Source of the DNA: Thermoplasmatales archaeon I-plasma
Lineage (GTDB): Archaea; Thermoplasmatota; Thermoplasmata; Thermoplasmatales; GCA-001856825
Length of the DNA stretch: 64,000 bases
Assembly: GCA_001856825.1 (NCBI GenBank)
Contig: ATMD01000004.1
Location: 170,568-234,567 of the forward strand
Direction: 5' to 3'
Part shown: positions 59,701-64,000 of the stretch, piece by piece
Layout: each line of letters starts with the position of its first letter
How positions within the stretch are numbered: the first letter of the stretch is position 1
Notes under the pieces: generated by a model
Told to the model about the DNA's origin: nothing
The model's input: only the letters and a program-made list of their open reading frames with translations
Databases searched by the model: none
Made by a program: the position numbers and the translations under genes

Positions 59701-62700
59701 TTCAAATCACCCAGCCTAAGCCTCATGACTACACCAAGAGACATTAGTTCATCCCTCATCAGCTTGAATGCGTAACTTGTCTCGACTGGCCTGATATTGC
59801 TGGTGTTACCGCATACAGGGCATCTTAGCTGATGTGTCTTGTAATCGTAGATTGCAACGTGACCGCAGTCAGGATCGCCGCAAACGTATACTGTGAATCC
59901 ATCGCTCTGGTCTAGCAGCCTGTCCTTAATTGCCATAGCTGCACCGTGCCCTATGAGTGTATCCCTTTCCATCTCACCGAACCTTAGACCTCCCTGCCTG
60001 GACCTACCTTCCGTCGGTTGCCTCGTGAGTATCTGCACCGGTCCTCTTGATCTAGCGTGGAACTTTCCTGCAACCATATGGTGCAGTTTCTGGTAGTATA
60101 CTACCCCGATGAATATGTCTGCCTTGAACTTCCTTCCTGTTATTCCATCGTACATCGTTTCCCTTCCTGAATACTTGAATCCGTTCCTCTCAAGTGATTC
60201 TCTCAGGGACTCTTCAGGTTCTCCCTCGAAAACAGTCCCGTTGATGAACCTCCCTTCGAGAGCGCCTACCTTTCCTCCTATTGTTTCAAGTAGATGCCCG
60301 ACGGTCATCCTGCTAGGGATGGAATGCGGATTTATTATAAGATCTGGTATCACACCTTCCTCAGTGAAAGGCATGTCTTCCTGCGGAATGATCGCTCCGA
60401 TTACACCTTTCTGGCCGTGCCTGCTCGCGAACTTGTCTCCAAGTTCTGGAATCCTGTCATCCCTTACTTTTACCTTGAGCAGTCTGCTGTTGTTTTCCGA
60501 GACGGTAAGGATTACTGAATCTATATGCCCTGTTTCTCCAGGCCTGTTCGTGATGGAGCTCTCCCTCCTTTTCTGGATAGAAATCTTCTGTTCCTCTTCC
60601 ATGAATCTTGGAGGTGAAGTCTTGCCAACTATAACGTCCCCGCCAGAAACATAAATCTCAGGAGAAACCATGCCGTTCTCGTCCAGGTTCCTGTAAGATT
60701 CTTCGCTCCTAACTCCCCTTACCTCTGGCGGTGGTATCTCGAACTTGTCTTCCTGCCCTCCGGGGTACCTCTTCTCCTCTGCCTTGTAGGTCCTGAAAAA
60801 TGCAGATCTTCCGAACCCCCTTTCCACAGATGCCTTGTTGACTATGACAGCATCCTGGATGTTGTAGTTGTGATAAGAGATAAGGGCTACGACAGCATTC
60901 TGCCCAGAGGGTCTCCTGTTGTACTTAATGTACTTTGCAGCTCCAGTGGTTACCATTGGCTTTTGCGGATAATGGAGCACGTGTCCCCTGGTATCAGGCC
61001 TAAGCCTGTAGTTTGAAGACGAGAGTCCAAGGGACTGCTTCGTCATGGCAGCGCCCATCGTTACCCTTGGTGACTGGTTGTGTTCCGCATATGGAATCAC
61101 TCCGACAACAACTCCCTGGATCATCATGGGGTCAATTTCCAGGTGGGTATGCTCAGGTCCGTAGCTCTTCTTCCCGTCGAATGTTTCATTGCACTTGAGG
61201 CACTTCAGCTTCACGTTCTCCTCGCCGGGATTAGTCCATTCTGTAAGATCGCTGTAAAGGTATGTGCCGCAGTGCGGACATTTAAGCGGCTTCTCGTAAG
61301 GATATATTGCAACGTATGCATTCTCTTCCTCTTCCGCATCGAGCCATTCTATTATGCCATTAGATATTAGGTCCTTGACTCCAATCTTGCCCGATATGAG
61401 ATTCTCCCTTATCGTGCTGTTAAACTTTATCTTCCCATTGTAAACTATTATCAGAGGCCTTCTGATCCTTCCCTTGTCCGTGTTTATTATCACTTCGTTA
61501 GTGGTGTCATCGAACCTGATGTTCACCTGGTTGGATATATTGCCAGACCTCCTCTTCTTCCTGATCTCTGAAACGACGCTCTGCCCGTCCTTGTGATAGC
61601 CGATCAGGTTTCCATTGACATATATCCTAGACAATCCTGGCTTCTCGCCAAGTATTTCCTCGAGACCCATCTTCTTCAGGAGCTCGATGATGTTTTCTTC
61701 TGGGTAACCTTCAGTTATATCAATAACAAGGCTTGCATTCTTAACCAGTCCGCAGTTCTGACCTTCAGGTGTTTCATTGGGGCACATTCTTCCCCATTGG
61801 GTTGGGTGGAGATCCCTTGCCTCGAAGTGTGGCTGTGATCTCGTGAGCGGGGAGGAAATCCTCCTCAGGTGTGATAGCGTAGCTATGTACGAAGTCCTTT
61901 CAAGCAGCTGCGAAACGCCTGTCCTTCCGCCGATCCAGTTTCCTGTCGATATCGCATGTTTGAGCTTCTCATTCAGGACGTCCTGCCTGACTGCAGCATT
62001 CAGCCTTATCCCTCTCTTTCTGTTGTATGTCTTCTCAAGTTGACCCTTAAGGTCCTTAAGCAGGGCCTGTGCAGAGCTCCTGAAGAGCTCCTCAAGCAGG
62101 TCTCCTGATAATTTAATTCTCTTGTTTGCGAGGTGATCCTTGTCGTCTTCTTTCCTTACGCCAAGGTAAAGTTCCAGAAGCGCCCTCGCCATCCTTCCGA
62201 GGTAGATGCCCTTCTTTGTCCTGTCCTGGAACGAATCTCCAAGATGAGGAAGGAGATTCTTGTCTAGGATCTGTGACATCTTCTTTTCCCTGAACTCCTT
62301 CGCCTGCCCTGCTGCGAATCTCTTCTCGAGATAGTTGATCGCGTCCTTCTCGCTCATGATGCCGCTCGGTGGATAGAGCTCTGTGTTCTCGGAGTCTTCA
62401 ATGTTCGCCAGTACGATCGGTATCATCCTCTCGTCTGTTACAATGGAATCATAGATGTCCTTGTCCTTGTCAACACCGAGTGCCTTCATAAGAACTACAA
62501 GCGGTATGGTCCCCGCGATAGAAGGTACTGAAACTGTAAGTATTCCGTCTGCCTTCCTTTCTACCACTATCAAGGCCCTGTACCCTTCTTTCTGGGAGAA
62601 AATCTTGGCAACCTCAACTCTAGAATCATACTTTTCTTCATATTCAACTATGATCTTGTTAGGCGCAAGGTCCTCCATTGAAATCAAGGTTCTCTCCGTA

Positions 62701-63314
62701 CCTCCAATAATGAAGTATCCGCCTGGATCCTGGGGATCCTCTCCAAGAAGCTGCAGCTTCTTCTCGTATGGGAGGGAGAGCAGCTCTTCCTCAGTCATTC
62801 CCCTGATCTTCTCGTCCTTCCTGAGATTGATCCTCCTGATGAATTCATCTGTGTTATTCTTATGTAGTATGCATATTTTGGACCTGACCATAACTGGGAA
62901 TTCGCCAATTTTTATCTTCTCGTTCCTTACCTCCGTATCCTCTTCAAGAACAGTGAAATCAAGGAAAAGAGGAGCCATGTAGTTTAGGTCCCTTAGCCTT
63001 GCTTCCAGAGGGGTAATGTAATTCTCAGATCCTGTAGGTTCCCTTATTTTCGGAAGTTCTATTGAAACCGTAGGTTCCGGTTTTTCAACATTCTTGGGGC
63101 GGCCAAACCTTATCCTGATGTCTACCCCGCCCGTCTTTGATCTATCAAGCTTCATTTCCCCAGGTAAGTCATCCTCCGTCACTCTTAGAGTGTCGAAGAC
63201 CTGCTGCATTCCAGAATCCGGGTTATCATCTGTTGGGATAAAATCGTTGTAAGAAACTAGCTGATGGTTGACTACTTCCATCTCCTTAAAAAACGTATTC
63301 AAGATACTATACAT
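59697..63314 (-). CDS. rpoB: RNA polymerase subunit B (unsplit, 1205 aa)
   Basis: [22 protein letters not shown] and the C-terminal Zn ribbon [13 protein letters not shown]. Confidence 0.95.
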   Translation of the reverse strand: MYSILNTFFKEMEVVNHQLVSYNDFIPTDDNPDSGMQQVFDTLRVTEDDLPGEMKLDRSKTGGVDIRIRFGRPKNVEKPEPTVSIELPKIREPTGSENYITPLEARLRDLNYMAPLFLDFTVLEEDTEVRNEKIKIGEFPVMVRSKICILHKNNTDEFIRRINLRKDEKIRGMTEEELLSLPYEKKLQLLGEDPQDPGGYFIIGGTERTLISMEDLAPNKIIVEYEEKYDSRVEVAKIFSQKEGYRALIVVERKADGILTVSVPSIAGTIPLVVLMKALGVDKDKDIYDSIVTDERMIPIVLANIEDSENTELYPPSGIMSEKDAINYLEKRFAAGQAKEFREKKMSQILDKNLLPHLGDSFQDRTKKGIYLGRMARALLELYLGVRKEDDKDHLANKRIKLSGDLLEELFRSSAQALLKDLKGQLEKTYNRKRGIRLNAAVRQDVLNEKLKHAISTGNWIGGRTGVSQLLERTSYIATLSHLRRISSPLTRSQPHFEARDLHPTQWGRMCPNETPEGQNCGLVKNASLVIDITEGYPEENIIELLKKMGLEEILGEKPGLSRIYVNGNLIGYHKDGQSVVSEIRKKRRSGNISNQVNIRFDDTTNEVIINTDKGRIRRPLIIVYNGKIKFNSTIRENLISGKIGVKDLISNGIIEWLDAEEEENAYVAIYPYEKPLKCPHCGTYLYSDLTEWTNPGEENVKLKCLKCNETFDGKKSYGPEHTHLEIDPMMIQGVVVGVIPYAEHNQSPRVTMGAAMTKQSLGLSSSNYRLRPDTRGHVLHYPQKPMVTTGAAKYIKYNRRPSGQNAVVALISYHNYNIQDAVIVNKASVERGFGRSAFFRTYKAEEKRYPGGQEDKFEIPPPEVRGVRSEESYRNLDENGMVSPEIYVSGGDVIVGKTSPPRFMEEEQKISIQKRRESSITNRPGETGHIDSVILTVSENNSRLLKVKVRDDRIPELGDKFASRHGQKGVIGAIIPQEDMPFTEEGVIPDLIINPHSIPSRMTVGHLLETIGGKVGALEGRFINGTVFEGEPEESLRESLERNGFKYSGRETMYDGITGRKFKADIFIGVVYYQKLHHMVAGKFHARSRGPVQILTRQPTEGRSRQGGLRFGEMERDTLIGHGAAMAIKDRLLDQSDGFTVYVCGDPDCGHVAIYDYKTHQLRCPVCGNTSNIRPVETSYAFKLMRDELMSLGVVMRLRLGDLK

Positions 63315-63317
63315 CTA

Positions 63318-63572
63318 TTATTCACCTATCACGGTTCTATAAATCTTGGCAATTCCTCTTGTTCTGCTCTTCCTGACAATTTCAATCATTCTGCCTGGAA
63401 CAATTTCCCCCTCAACTTTTTCCAGAGCTTTTATAACCGGGTCAGATTTTCTTATCTTTGGAAGCTGTCCCTTGGTCACTCCAAGTGTCTTCAAAATTTT
63501 TTCCTCCTCCTTTACTGGAACCAACCAATGCTCTGGAACCATCTCGTGCATTAATATATTATATTTAGCCAT
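63318..63572 (-). CDS. rpoH: RNA polymerase subunit H (Rpb5 C-domain)
   Basis: HEMVPEH..L....LPKI...DPV pattern. First gene of the rpo operon. Confidence 0.9.
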   Translation of the reverse strand: MAKYNILMHEMVPEHWLVPVKEEEKILKTLGVTKGQLPKIRKSDPVIKALEKVEGEIVPGRMIEIVRKSRTRGIAKIYRTVIGE

Positions 63573-63815
63573 AGAAATCTAGCCCTCCAGCAATCCCATA
63601 TTTTCAGCCCCCGCTGCAATTGAAATTTTATACAAACTCATTTTAAACCTCTGGAATTGCTCGACCTTATCTTTTTGTTATACATATTCTTTGTGTTTTC
63701 GTTTTTTGTTTGGCATTAAAATCTAGCCATGTTTATTTTTATTCCAAAGTTCCTCAGGGCCAGATGGTATTTTTACGGTAAAGTTTATAATATTAATGGT
63801 GTGAATGTTCTCACC

Positions 63816-64000
63816 TCAACCAATCTTCTCCAGCCAAGGCAGAACCTCTGTGATAAGTGATGGACCATGGTGCGCGAAGAAATCGTATGTGCCAGGAGTC
63901 AGGAAGATCCTCTTGTTTTTGTACGCTGACAATCCTTCCCACCCTCTGCTTTCTACTATTTTCTCAACAAGTTTTGGATCCCTTGCCGAAAACATCTTTG
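63816..64000 (-). CDS. 3' end of a periplasmic-binding-protein-like (ABC substrate-binding, siderophore/cobalamin type) gene, cut by the window edge
   Basis: My translation gives ..RDPKLVEKIVESRGWEGLSAYKNKRIFLTPGTYDFFAHHGPSLITEVLPWLEKIG*. The W..L.A.KN.R(V/I)(Y/F) tail resembles that family. Confidence 0.45.
   Translation of the reverse strand, partial: KMFSARDPKLVEKIVESRGWEGLSAYKNKRIFLTPGTYDFFAHHGPSLITEVLPWLEKIG

Noticed and set aside
1-64000. CRISPR arrays, rRNA genes, and large tandem repeats
   Set aside because: No periodic repeat-spacer pattern and no rRNA-like segment was seen anywhere in the window.

Overview
The window is an archaeal chromosomal segment. The gene content points to a Thermoplasmata-like euryarchaeon: rpoH, an unsplit rpoB, rpoA', rpoA'', L30e and NusA in one block, plus a membrane LonB, aCPSF1, archaeal DnaG, proteasome beta, aIF6, L31e/L39e/S19e and KdpABC. 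From about 20.4 kb to 64 kb the genes are ordinary housekeeping genes. They are tightly packed with many 4-nt start/stop overlaps and frequent GTG/TTG starts. The unusual part is an accessory island at about 4.75-20.1 kb. It lies between ppa and two tRNA genes (Arg-UCG on the minus strand, Gly-GCC on the plus strand), and by eye it is more AT-rich than its flanks. The island begins with a decayed tyrosine recombinase. It also contains a decayed pilin-like gene, a vsr-dcm pair, and a minus-strand array at 11.2-19.3 kb. Read in transcription order, that array encodes: a wHTH regulator; an HsdR-N-like PD-(D/E)xK protein with Gly at the catalytic Glu position; a second PD-(D/E)xK protein; a 321-aa unknown; a SHOCT membrane protein; a roughly 743-aa protein joining a MORC/Hsp90-type GHKL ATPase to a histidine-kinase module; and a receiver-HEPN-like protein coupled to it by a GTGA overlap. 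The GHKL-kinase gene is cleanly split by a 1.2-kb IS with 16-bp inverted repeats and an 11-bp target duplication. My best candidate for an undescribed system is this kinase plus REC-HEPN pair, a two-component-style (Detocs-like) defence module, together with the upstream nuclease cassettes. A second notable observation is that the 3' tail of the wHTH gene (..KHLKEIEEIL..) recurs twice more. Each extra copy is a mini-ORF placed exactly between neighbouring genes with ATGA/TGAATG junctions. All domain calls are motif-level readings by eye. No database search was run.
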